Source of the DNA: Hormiphora californensis
Lineage: Eukaryota > Animalia > Ctenophora
Length of the DNA: 64,000 nt
Direction of reading: 5' to 3'
NCBI GenBank assembly: GCA_020137815.1
Contig: CM035350.1
Span: 7,068,001 to 7,132,000 of the forward strand
In this document: positions 1 to 12,300 of the stretch, piece by piece
How the letters are laid out: each line of letters opens with the position of its first letter
How positions within the stretch are numbered: position 1 is the first letter of the stretch
Notes under the pieces: generated by a model
Told to the model about the DNA's origin: nothing
Databases searched by the model: none
Seen by the model: the letters and a program-made list of their open reading frames with translations, nothing else
Made by a program: the position numbers and the translations under genes

Positions 1-1473
1 CTCAATAATCCAGGTCATGTCAATTGTTGTCTCACCCCTTACTCAATAATCCAGGTCATGTCAATTGTTGTCTCACCCCTTACTCAATAATCCAGGCCAT
101 GTCTTGTTGTCTCACCCCTTACTCAATAATCCAGGCCATGTCAATTGTTGTCTCACCCCTTACTCAATAATCCAGGTCATGTCAATTGTTGTCTCACCCC
201 TTACTCAATAATCCAGGTCATGTGTTGTTGTCTCACCCCTTACTCAATAATCCAGGCCATGTGTTGTTGTCTCACCCCTTACTCAATAATCCAGGTCATG
301 TCAATTGTTGTCTCACCCCTTACTCAATAATCCAGGTCATGTCAATTGTTGTCTCACCCCTTACTCAATAATCCAGGTCATGTCTTGTTGTCTCACCCCT
401 TACTCAATATCCAGGCCATGTCTTGTTGTCTCACCCCTTACTCAATAATCCAGGCCATGTGTTGTTGTCTCACCCCTTACTCAATAATCCAGGTCATGTC
501 AATTGTTGTCTCACCCCTTACTCAATAATCCAGGCCATGTGTTGTTGTCTCACCCCTTACTCAATAATCCAGGTCATGTGTTGTTGTCTCACCCCTTACT
601 CAATAATCCATGTCTTGTTGTCTCACCCCTTACTCAATAATCCAGGTCATGTCTTGTTGTCTCACCCCTTACTCAATAATCCAGGTCATGTGTTGTTGTC
701 TCACCCCTTACTCAATAATCCATGTCTTGTTGTCTCACCCTCAATAATCCAGGCCATGTCTTGTTGTCTCACCCCTTACTCAATAATCCATGTCTTGTTG
801 TCTCACCCCTTACTCAATAATCCAGGCCATGTCTTGTTGTCTCACCCCTCACTCAATAATCCAGGCCATGTCTTGTTGTCTCACCCCTCACTCAATAATC
901 CAGGCCATGTTGTCTCACCCTCAATAATCCAGGTCATGTCTTGTTGTCTCACCCCTTACTCAATAATAATTCAGGTCATTTGTTGTTGTCTCACCCCTTA
1001 CTCAATGATCCAGGCCATGTCTTGTTGTCTCACCCCTTACTCAATAATCCAGGTCATGTCAATTGTTGTCTCACCCCTTACTCAATAATCCAGGTCATGT
1101 CTTGTTGTCTCACCCCTTACTCAATAATCCAGGCCATGTCAATTGTTGTCTCACCCCTTACTCAATAATCCAGGCCATGTGTTGTTGTCTCACCCCTTAC
1201 TCAATAATCCAGGTCTTGTTGTCTCACCCCTTACTCAATAATCCAGGCCATGTCTTGTTGTCTCACCCCTTACTCAATAATCCAGGTCATGTCTTGTTGT
1301 CTCACCCCTTACTCAATAATCCAGGCCATGTTGTCTCACCCCTTACTCAATATAATCCAGGCCATGTCTTGTTGTCTCACCCCTTACTCAATAATCCAGG
1401 CCATGTCTTGTTGTCTCACCCCTCAATAATCCAGGTCATGTCTTGTTGTCTCACCCCTTACCCAATAATCCAG
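1..1473 (+). repeat. Intronic minisatellite, 39-41 bp unit (ctcaccccttactcaataatccaggtcatgtc(aa)ttgttgt), about 36-37 copies, running off the left edge
   Basis: Direct tandem repetition with no unique spacers. It ends exactly at the CAG acceptor (1471-1473) of the SH3 exon. Confidence 0.95.
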
Positions 1474-3968
1474 GTCAAAGTATGGGCCAGAGTATGGGAA
1501 GTATGGATGTGAGTTCCCAGTTTGTGGTTGCACTTTACACATATGACCCCACCACGGACAGCCCTAACGACTATCCTGAGTTGGAACTACAGTTTAATGA
1601 GGGAGACATAATCAAGGTAACTACTTGTTAAATCATCATTAATTAATTAACTAATTGTTAAACCATTATTAATTAATTAATTGTTAAATCATCATTAATT
1701 ACCAAAGGGGAATCGAACCGGAAACGGTACAGGGAATATTATAGTGCCCAATAGTAATCCAAGATAATGTTCAGAAAAGTATCCAAAAATTGTGTCTCGT
1801 TTCTATAAATTGGAGGTAAAATACCGCCAACTCTCAAACCGGAGACGTGTCAGTTTACCAAACATTTAGGATCTAGACCAGCCAAATGCTGAGTAGAGCA
1901 GGAGTTTGGAGTTTTATCAAACTCTTCTTTCCACCTACTGAACTGTCTGATTTCCAGAACAGAACTAATCCTTGTGTTTTACTAACACCCTCAACTCCCT
2001 CCAGAAACTAGGAGACACGATGTCAGATGGGTTCTTCAAGGGTGAACTCAATGGAACTACCGGTTTAGTACCATCCAACTTTGTCCAACTGCTCCTGGAC
2101 CAGACGGAAAGTGCAGCAGGGGGATCCTATGAGCTGTCGGGGACCTTCCCCCGCAACTATGTGGCACTATTCGATTACAATCCAGCGGAGCAGAGTCCCA
2201 ATGATAATCCGGAAACTGAACTTTCCTTCCATGAAGGAGACCTAATTACTGTTACCGGGCCAATGGACGAGGTATGTGTGACATGATAGTGTGTGTAACT
2301 GTATCACAATGTGTAACTGTAACACAATGTGTAACTGTAACACAATGTGTAACTGTATCACAATGTGTAACTGTAACACAATGTGTAACTGTAACACAAT
2401 GTGTAACTGTAACACAATGTGTAACTGTAACACAATGTGTAACTGTATCACAATGTGTAACTGTAACACAATGTGTAACTGTAACACAATGTGTAACTGT
2501 AACACAATGTTACAATGTGTGTGTGTGTGTAACACAATGTTACAATGTGGTGTGTAACACAATGTGTAACTGTAACACAATGTTACAATGTGTGTGTGTG
2601 TAACACAATGTTACAATGTGGTGTGTAACACAATGTGTAACTGTAACACAATGTTAGAACATGTGTTGTCATATTATTCCTGACTCTCTCTCCTTCTCTA
2701 GGACCGCTACTACCCGGGAGAGCTGAATGGCAGGTACGGACTCGTCCCCTCCAACTTTGTCAGGGAGGGCACCCAGCAGGATACCATGGCGAGAGAGGAC
2801 AGCACTGAGGCTACACTGGCCATGCTTACTGACCGAGGCAGCAGCCAGTGTGTCCAATACCACACCTGCCGGAGAGGAACAATGTTCCCAGCAGCCAGGA
2901 ACTCCGAACATTTAACAGGTATTTAACCAGGGCCTGAGATGATCCTTTTTTTCAGTTATGAATTAAATCAGTTTTCATCTTGATTAATTCAAATTAGCAT
3001 GTGTTTGATTCCCCCTCCCCTTTTTCCAGGAGGCGCTGGTCCGGCAATGCATACCCCAATATTTTCGAACTCCGCTAATTTTACCCAATTCTCATTGTTA
3101 TTTGATTGATTATTAAATTGCGTTCCGAATTATTAACCAGCGTGTCTTATGTTAGCAATCTACTTTATCTAATATCTCTTTCCCTCTCCCTATCTCTTCC
3201 TGTTTCTTTCTCTCTGATCTCTCCCAGCTCCCTCTCTCTCTCTCTCTTCATCTTTCCTCTATCTATGTTTCTTTCTCTCTCCCTTTCCTCCCGATTCTTT
3301 CGCTCTCATAAATAATGGATCCTGAGAAGTATTTACCATCGATTGGTAGGTTATTTATGTTCGTGTAGCATAAAATTCAAGAAGTTCAATCTGGATCCCT
3401 AGAATTTCTAGAACTTCTTGAATTCTAGTAGAATTTAATATTGTCAGAATTCTCATGATCACGACTCATTCTACGGAACAGCCAGTAGGATAAAGTACTG
3501 CCATAAAGCTATAATACTGCGGGATCTGTCAGAGCATTGGCCTGACCCATTCTCGCGAGAACTGTGGTCAGAGCATTGGCTTGACAGTGCGGGATTGAAC
3601 TCGAGCCGCTATGTTAAGAATAATAAACATTTATACAGCTGCAATTCTGTCAGTTATTGAACTTACTGAATATGGCCTTCTCAGTTCTCAATACACACCA
3701 CCATCCATTAACGTCTTCGCTCAAAATGCTACAACATTTATTACATTCTTCTTTCATAGCACTATACAGCAGTCCGAAATGCTACATGTTATAAAGCATC
3801 TTTCGAGTACTCTCTTGCCACTTGTTCCCCGTTTTTTAACCCCCGGATTTCCCCCCACACAGTGAACCAACAAAGAAAAAGAAGAAGACCAATGCCATAG
3901 CTAAACTGAAGGTGTTCAAGAGGTTAAGGAAAAGCCGGGAAGATGTGTCGAGGATACAGGATGGTTAA
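1474..3968 (+). CDS. RIMBP2: 3' part of a RIMS-binding protein (RIM-BP)-like gene with two C-terminal SH3 domains. Exons 1474-1616, 2005-2271, 2702-2918, a probable exon from about 3030, and a terminal exon 3863-3968.
   Basis: GT-AG joined translation gives FVVALYTYDPTTDSPNDYPELELQFNEGDIIK|KLGDTMSDGFFKGELNGTTGLVPSNFV and YVALFDYNPAEQSPNDNPETELSFHEGDLITVTGPMDE|DRYYPGELNGRYGLVPSNFV. The YDP..SPN...EL.F.EG insert is typical of RIM-BP SH3 domains. The terminal exon reads EPTKKKKKTNAIAKLKVFKRLRKSREDVSRIQDG*. The junctions between 2918 and 3863 are not fully resolved. Confidence 0.75.
2290..2655 (+). repeat. Intronic minisatellite, 18 bp unit (tgtgtaactgtaacacaa)
   Basis: Tandem copies start just after the donor at 2272. 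They explain the spurious VTQCVT and CNTMCN ORFs. Confidence 0.95.
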
Positions 3969-5355
3969 CAGGATGGTTAACAGGAACTTAACAGGAACTG
4001 TCCATGGCCCTGCCGAATGCCGATATTTGAGCGCAAAACGGGGACAGAATAACACCGGATATATTGGTGACATCGTTACCCTGTATTGAGATACAGTTTA
4101 GAGATGACAATTCTGAGAGACAATTTACCTTATTATTATGAGTGAAGTCGAAGAAAATATCGATAGGTTTGATCTGATGAGATATTGAGTTAATTAATAC
4201 ATAGTTTAATTAACTTAATGATATGAGTCATGATATGTCGATATGATGGATCGATAATCTCTTGAGTATTTCTTACTTTGTGTATTTCTAATTATCTGAG
4301 TAAAATATGGACGTTTTACCTCTTATCTTTTGTTGACTTTTAATAATTAATTAAGCTAACGTGTATTTTGTTTGCGCTCGAGGTGGTTAGTTTTAGAGGT
4401 ATTTTGAGCATTTTAATTCACTCTTGGTCTTTTTAACTTAAAATTTACTGAATCTTAGTAAATAAATTCTGTGTGTTTTAAAGAGAAAACTTGATCTATA
4501 AGCTTGTTTTGAAATTTCACCTCTTATTAAATTGATGTTTTTATTATGTGTCCCAGGGAACGGTTCCGAAATCAACTTCGAAATGCAAGCTGTAGCTGTC
4601 AGGCCAATGCTCTTACCACGGTTTCCCCACGGTTCTCGGGCGAATATAATAGGGTCAGGCCAACAATGCCCAGAGCAAGCTGGAGTGCTATTTTTAGAGA
4701 CAATGCTGTATATTTAAGGTGTCGTTTCCAAATTCTAAAGGCTCTTGGTCACCCACATCCTCTCTTGCTCTCGTACCGGCCTATACAACACTCCAAGCGT
4801 GCCATGTACTGTCTTATCTGGCGTTAATGAGTAAGGGGTGGGAACGATCTGAGCCCACTGCATTGAGAATCAAAACGGCCCCGGGTCTGGCTCTGCCGGA
4901 CAGCCCATGTATGGCTGTGAATCGCAGGTTGGAATTCGGAACCCCTTTCAAACAGAGTAAAAATATCAAACACAAATCTAACGATTGGAAAATTTAAAAT
5001 ATTACGAACACCAATAAAATCAGTAAAGATCGTGAACTTGATAATCATGTTTCACGAGTGCCATCTTGCTGAAAATCTTGTACAAATAGTCGACCGGTCA
5101 GATTCTAAAACGTTCTTAAATAACACACTCACACACAGACAAACAAACCGACAGACACGAACAGACAGACATACAAACTAATTATCTGGCGGCGCCAACC
5201 CGATCTGAGCTGTCCTCAGTTTTGAGAATCAAAACGTGGTCTGGCGCCGCCATACAGCAAACAAATAAACGGAACGTCTTTGATTGAGATCCATGTGCAG
5301 AAGGAAAGTCCCTATCAAAACAACTAAAACAATCTAAAACAGCTTCCCACGCGTA

Positions 5356-8300
5356 TCACCACAACTTCTTATTCACATTCAAAAAAATTGTCTGCTCAGT
5401 CTGCTTCAGTGATTGAGTTCGAAGTCCCTGGATTTTGTGATGGTCCGTCACGAGGACCGTCTGGACTGGTGACCACCCCAGTGGCAGGGCCAGGACACTT
5501 TTGGCGAGGGTGGCAAGTTGGGAGAGAGGTGACCACCTCCAGTATTCAGCAAGTTGAGTTGTCTCTGGGGCTGGAGGTGCTGCCATGTAATCCCTTAGTT
5601 CTCGTTCCAATGAACTGGCTGGGTTTTGGTCGTAGTCAAAGAAATAGGATAGTAGGCGGAGTTTGAGGCGCTTCGAGTCGGGCTCTAGTTGGTCTGAACT
5701 TGCATCGAACAATTCACTGAAAAAAAGAAGAGTAAAATCCAAGAATTGGTCAAAGACTCGTTGGAAAACAGTTGCTGGGGGGAACAATCTAACTTGTCAA
5801 CTCACATGGACTGATATGTTTTTATTTTATTATCTCACCTTTTCACAGAGGCAGGAACGGGAACAGACACACCGTTAGTAGAGGGTGTTATTTTGAGGCC
5901 TACCAACCTCTTAACTTCTTCTACAACCTCATCCTCCTGTGTCTTATCTGTACACCACACTAACTTAAACCTGGCGGAGGTAAAATTAGGGTAAAATGTC
6001 CGTGGCGCCTTGCATTCTATGCATTGTAAAATCAGAAAAAGTAGTAGATCTGAAACCAAATTAAAACTAACCTAGGATCGAGGAAAGTGGCAACACGGTA
6101 AATAGGACTGTCAGTAAAAACTTTAATCTGCTCCCGAGCCTTTTCCGCCATGGCTCCATCCATCAAGATGCGTCCCAGAGATAAGAGAGAAGGAATGGCT
6201 ACCGATATGAGTTCTCCTTTTGTAACGATGGTGGTTAGCTCGGAGAAGGGCTCCAGGGTAGAGTGGTTAGGGTCTGTTGTGCTAGATAGTTCGTAGGTCC
6301 ACCTTGGGAACTCTAAAAAGAAAGGACTTTTATTACCAAGTTTGAGTTAATCACCCATATTTTCTTCACCAACTTATTGTTCCTACCAAGGTAGATACAG
6401 TCGGACCCCCATTTAGTGGCATCCTCGGGGGGAAAAATCCTGCCACTAAATCGGGGTGCCACTAAATCGGGGTCAAATAATGTTATTTTCCTATATCGGG
6501 GGAAAACAATCCTGCCACTAAATCGGGGTGCCACTAAATCGGGGGCCACTAAATTGGGGTCCGACTGTAGTTATTTTCAATATAACTAATCGTGTTACCT
6601 TTTCCGTATGGAACTTCTGAGGATGGAGTTGGTATGGAGTTTAGGGCTGCTATCTGTGTCACACTATCAACTAGGCAATCAAACCTCTCTGAAGGGGAAG
6701 ATTGGGTTATAGGTTCTGTCAAAGCACTGGCATGACAGGTTAGGTTTGGAAAGAACTCTTGACATTTATTATGACGGATGGGGATGTATTAGGGGAGTAC
6801 CAATTAGTTGGTAGTTAATTAGTTGTTAATTAATTAGTAATATACCTGTTGACGCTGGTAACACTGTTGTAGTTGATGCAACTGGTGCTGTAGAGGGTGA
6901 GAGAAGGGACACATTACTGCCGGGATGGGCCTCTCTGACAACAACCCTTGCAACCTTACCCTCCAACCCAAACCGTGTAACGGTATCCAGTAGCGCTGTG
7001 TAGGCCGCGGTGATAGAGGGATGGTGAGACACTGACAAGAGGTGATTCTGTAGCTGCCAATCCTCGCTGAAGTAGTACACAGTACTAGCGCACAGGAGTG
7101 AGCCCCCTCCACCGTTATCTTGGTGTGTTAGCACGATGTTAACTGAAGGGACGTCCTTTAGCTTCGTTGTGATGGTCTTGGTAACATGGGAGAGACAGGT
7201 AGGAATCAGGAAGTGCTGAAGAAGGGGAGCTGATAGCGAGGCTGTCGAGGGGACTTCTGAAAACGGGAATTGGTTAGATAAAGAAGGGTTAGATTTATTA
7301 AAAAATTTTAAAAAAACCGGGTTTTCTAAGTTTTCACAGACCCGTTTTCCCCCGGGGTTAAAATTACTGGGAAATTTTTGACCACCTGCAAAACACTAGT
7401 ATTATAAAAAAAAAATACCCTTCAGTGGGAAAGTGAAAAATTAAACCTTTTTTTCACACCACCAGTGGAACATTAAAAAAACATTCAAACTGAGTGAACA
7501 GACGAGAGAAAGAGAGGAGAGAAAATAGAAAGGAAAGGAAAAAGAGAGTAGGGGGAGTTGGAGAGAAAAAATTTTTTTTTTTTTTGGGGTTAGGGGTGGA
7601 AAAAAATCGAACAGAGGGAAACAAAACGGGCGCTCTTTTTTTTCCCCCACCCCCATCACTTTCCTTTTTCGGGGGGTGGGTTTGGGTGTCTTGTGCGTAT
7701 GACTACTGCCCGCCTCTCTCTCTCCCCCTCTCTCTCTCTCTCTCACTCTCTCTCTCTTTTCCTCTCCCCCCCTCCTTCTTTCTCATCTTCTCTTTCTTCT
7801 CTTCTCTCCTCTCTCTTTTCTCTCACATTCTCTTTCTCTCTCTCTCTCACTCAATCTTTATCTCTTTCACTCAGTTTGTTTCCAAAATCATCTAATAAAA
7901 TTAGATGACTGCTTTTACATGCTCTATTACACAACAATAATGTTAAAGATTCTTTCACTTTTAGGCCTCGCAGGCTCGGCCCAAAAGTACAACTACAGAG
8001 CTCGCAGGCTCGCTCAGTAGTTACACTTAGCTTGCCTCGCAGGCTCGGCAGCTAAGTAAAAGGATCTACCTCGACCTGTCGGTCTCGGTTCATTATTGTT
8101 GTATTTAGAGCACTCGGCCTTCGGCCTCGTGCACTAAAAAGTAATAGACCATTTTAACCAGTCATCTAATCATATAACAAATAAGTAGGTGGGACAAGAT
8201 TAGATGCCACAGGGATATTTATCAAGATGTGACAGTAAGACAGCATGACAGACAAAAAGACAGACAACATGACAGACAACATGACAGACAAAAAGACAGA

Positions 8301-9308
8301 CAAAAAGACAGACAACATGACAGACAACATGACAGACAACATGACAGACAACATGACAGATACATACCGGAGATGAAGGGCTGGTATTGATATTTAGAAG
8401 GGCCGCTAGGGAGGGACTACTGGCTGTTTCAATGGGTAACAACTCCTCAACAAGAAAGAGAAGCAGGTTCTTCATTTGCAGTAACGCCCTCATTTCACCC
8501 CCGTTACAGCTCTCGTCTGGCTCCTGGTGTAAAGAGAGAATGGAAGTTTAACACACTGCCGATATAATCATGGTTATCTACGTGACAACACATGATGTAG
8601 TTTCCCCCAGATGTTTAGTCATAGTGGTATTGCTCACTGGGGTTTTGTCTGGGGTTTTGTCTGGGGTTTTGTCTGGGGTTTGTCTGGGGTTTTGTCTGGG
8701 TTGTGTCTGGGGTTTGTCTGGGGTTGTGTCTGGGGTTTGTCTGGGGTTGTGTCTGGGGTTTGTCTGGGTCTTGTCTGGGGTTTTGTCTGGGTTGTGTCTG
8801 GGGTTTGTCTGGGGTTGTGTCTGGGGTTTGTCTGGGGTTGTGTCTGGGGTTTGTCTGGGGTTGTGTCTGGGGTTTGTCTGGGTCTTGTCTGGGGTTTTGT
8901 CTGGGTTGTGTCTGGGGTTTGTCTGGGGTTGTGTCTGGGTTTTGTCTGGGGTTTGTCTGGGGTTGTGTCTGGGGTTTGTCTGGGGTTGTGTCTGGGTCTT
9001 GTCTGGGGTTGTGTCTGGGTCTTGTCTGGGGTTTGTCTGGGGTTTTGTCTGGGGTTTGTCTGGGGTTTTGTCTGGGGTTTTGTCTGGGGTTTTGTCTGAG
9101 GTTGTGTCTGGGTCTTGTCTGGGTGGGGTAGTACCCAATGGGTACCCAACTATGCAGCAGGATCTACCTGTTTGACGGATGTAGTTGTGAGAGTATTGTC
9201 CTGAGTTACTGGGCTGGCTGCCATGCTGTACTGAGGTGTGACATTCTCTAGCCGCTGGATGAGGGAAGAGGTGCTCTGTAGGAGAGCCATACCAGGACTG
9301 GTCAGCTG
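5356..9308 (-). CDS. Multi-exon hAT-transposase-derived (ZBED-like) gene. Exons about 9308-9168, 8523-8368, 7256-6846, 6757-6599, 6312-6072, 5970-5839 and 5716-5356. The 5' exons probably lie in the low-quality 9.4-12.3 kb region.
   Basis: The spliced translation shows hAT motifs in the right order: LLLFLVEELLPIET; LIPTCLSHVTKTITTKLK..TVYYFSEDWQLQNHLL..FGLEGKVARVVV; LTCHASAL (CxxH site); FPRW; LEPFSELT..SVAIP; YRVATFLDPR|FKLVW; and a C-terminal dimerisation domain LERELRDYM..LAEYWR..LATLAKSVLALP..EQTIFLNVN. Introns are GT-AG. There is one phase mismatch, between the 8368 and 7256 junctions (sequencing error or a missed exon). Confidence 0.75.
6398..6567. mobile_element. Tc1/mariner/pogo-type MITE in an intron of the hAT-derived gene
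   Basis: TIR cagtcggacccc...ggggtccgactg is flanked by TA on both sides, with internal gccactaaatcgggg subrepeats. A related copy lies at 20058-20140. Confidence 0.8.
8245..8360. repeat. Intronic 12 bp minisatellite (atgacagacaac)
   Basis: Tandem copies abut the minus-strand donor at 8367. Confidence 0.9.
8638..9123. repeat. Intronic G-rich minisatellite, 11-12 bp unit (gtctggggtttt / gtctggggttgt)
   Basis: About 40 tandem copies between two exons of the hAT-derived gene. Confidence 0.95.
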
Positions 9309-12300
9309 CTGCGAAAATATGGAATTAGATTGGCACCACAGGGGAATATAGAGGGAGAGAGAGAGAAGAGAGGGGAAAAGGAAAGAGAGAGAAAACACCT
9401 GTGGTGGGGGTTTAAACAAGGTTTACCAAACCCTGTTTAAACCCAAAACCCAACTCTCGAAAAATTCTTTGTTTTGGGAAGACCCAAAATGGAGGTGAGC
9501 CACATAATGATGAATGGAGCTGTTTATGACGGCAGGGTTACCAAAACCCGTGGTACTCAAAAAAGGGTTTTTAAGAAAATTGACCGGGTTTAAAGCTTTA
9601 GAGGGCCTTTGGGGGGGCCTTGCCGGGGTATATAGGGTTTGGACGGCACCCCAATGTGCCTCTCCGCCTTCTTTCTCTCCCAATCGAGCTGTTTTTCTCC
9701 GGTTTTGGGTGCAATCCTAAAATTTCCCAGTGAACTTTTTGTATCACTGGTTATATTAAACCCTCTGAAACCGGTTTTTTACCTACCCTTCATCCCCCTT
9801 TTTTAATTTTCTAATCAAATCGGCCCCCGAAAAGGGGAGAGAGTGGGGAAAGAGGGGGGGTAGATAGGAAAAAAGGGGGGGGGGTGGGGTGAGAAAAAAC
9901 CCGTCCTTGTTTCTCGCCCTTCTCTCCCTTCTCTCCTCTCCTTCCCCCCCCTTTTCCCTTCGCCCTCTTTTTACCCCCCCCCTTTACCCCCCAAAACCCC
10001 CCACACCCCCAACCTTTTTTTTGGTAAATTATTAAACCAAATTTAATTTAAACTCCCGGAAATCCACAAAACAGGCTGATCAAATCCCAATCGTTTAAAA
10101 ATCGCTTAAACCAGACTAAGAAAACAATTTTGCCAATTGTAGACAGAACAAAAACTTGCTTTTTCTACAAAAAAAAATAAAAAACCCGAAATTTTTCCTT
10201 GACAAGTTAAAAATTTTGGATTGACTTGCGGGCCCCGGATGTCTGCAGCATTTCCCCCCTTTCCCATAACCACCTCGTGTCCTTACCTGATTACATTTTA
10301 AACATCATTAGAAATCAAGAGGGCCCGCCCGGGGACATACTCAAAAAACCTTGGGAAAGGGGCAGTGTTTTTAAAAGTGATTATTTCGGTAATTATTAAA
10401 TGCTCTATTTTTAGCTTTAATGGTTAGGGGGTTAGGACATGCAGAGAATTATAACGGGGAATGCTATTAGAATTTCTTTTTTCAATTCCCATTTTAAAAC
10501 CAAACGTGCTACCGTTTTTTTCTGGGAGCCTTTTAACCCAATAAACCAGGGGAAATGGGAAAGTGAAAACAGAATTGGACCCAAAACCCCCCGAGGGGGC
10601 CAGCGATGGTAATTTTTTTTGGGTGGTTTGTTTTTGGTTTTTGGTGTTTGTTACCCTGTACAATACTGTAAACTCCATTCTCTCCTTTTTCACCATCTCC
10701 TGTGGGATAATTTGTCTGAAAAAACTGCTCCCAGATAATTTTTAGCAAAACTGAAGTACCGATAAATTTTTTATTTGCATTGTCAATAAAAACTGAGCTG
10801 ATGGCAAAAAGAGGACAACCGATCCCAAAAAAAAAAAACAAAAGAAATATCAGGATCGATTCCACACACTTAAAAAAGAATTGGCAATTAAATCAATTAA
10901 CTAAGCTATAACTAACGTGGGACTGCACTGTGTTGGAATGCCCTGTTTAAAGTGGCGTTTAAAACTCCCAAAACAGTGTTACTTCTCAGACAATATTGAC
11001 GTTCTCATAATTAATTACAAGGATCAAAATCTGCATACGGATCCATAACCACGTCTTTTCCTAATCTCTAACAAAACCAATCCGGCTCGAAAAAACCCAA
11101 TAAAATCGTGGCTTACTTAAAAAAGGCATTGCCGTTACGAAAAGGGAGCTATCTGTCTGGGATTTGTAGAGGAAAAGAGAAAAAAGAGGGGGGAAAGAGA
11201 GAAAAGAGAGAGAAAACTTCTCCTCTCCCTCCTTTTCCTCTACTCTCTCTTCTTCTTCTCTCCCTCTCTCTCCCTTTTTCTCTTCTTCTTCCCTTCTCCA
11301 ATTTCCCCTCTCTTTTTCCCCCGGGCAAAAATTGTCCCTTTTGATAACGAATCAAAAAATTTCCCCAATTTTGGAAAAAGGGGTTTTGGGGGGGGCTCAA
11401 AGAGGGGAGGGGGAAATTTTTTTGCACAAACTGTATCGGGGGCCCCTTTTTGAAGAAAAACCCCGGAATGGGGAAAAACAAAATTAAATTTTTTCCGGGG
11501 TGGGGCTGGGCTGCTTTTCCCCCCCCCCTTTTTTCCCCTACTCAAAATTGGGGGGAAAGAAGAAAGCAACTGAGAAATAAAAAAACGGAAACCAAAAATT
11601 TAAGAGAAGATATATAATGATAAAGAAAAAAAAAAGGGGGGGGGGGTTTTTTTTTTCTGTCTCCTTTTTTTCCCCCTTTTTTCTCTCAAACCACCGTGAC
11701 ATAGATAAATGGCAACATATATTAATGACTACTGTGAGCTCTCTCTCTCCCCCTTTCGGGAGGGGACGGTTTAAAAGGGTCCTCTCGTCCCTCCCCCAAA
11801 ACCTATTGGGGGTTTTGGTCCAATGAGGAGAGAGGGTGGGGGTCATGTGACCTTCTCCGTTGTAATTAAAAGGGGAAAAAAAAACATTTTTCCCTGGGTC
11901 CCCAATTTCGAAGAGGAGAGGGGATAGCTGGGGGGTTTTTTGGGGGCCCCAAACCCCGTCAGAGCTGCTGGGGAGACCTTTTAACTCCGATCTGACAGCC
12001 TCTAGATGACCCCCTGCAGCGAGGGGGAGAGAGATATAGAGAGCAATCGTTTGAGTGAGGGGTGAGAGAAATCATTTAACAGACATTTTACCATCTGTTA
12101 CACCAATGGGACAATTGCTCTCATGGACCTCCCAAGAAATCCATTGCCCCCAGGCAGTAACTCTTTAGAGAGCAACAACTTCAATCGGTCGATTGTAGAG
12201 AAGGTCCTAAGGACAACTAAGTAAATCTGGAATGGCTGGCAGATTAGATTGGTAAAATTAATCTTACAAGGACGGGTAATTGCAAACCGAGGGCAATCAT

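Noticed and set aside
1-1473. CRISPR-like regular repeats of about 40 bp
   Set aside because: The units are contiguous with no unique spacers, there are no cas genes, and the context is a eukaryotic intron.
145-1512. Repetitive ORFs (LLSHPLLNNPGHV and similar), and likewise those at 2242-2603, 8166-8354 and 8570-9175
   Set aside because: They are by-products of intronic minisatellites, open in several frames and on both strands.
9330-12000. Lys/Phe/Gly/Pro-rich ORFs and odd homopolymer-rich composition (also 7260-7700)
   Set aside because: Pervasive inflated homopolymer runs point to low-coverage, unpolished long-read sequence rather than biology. Real exons here cannot be read reliably.
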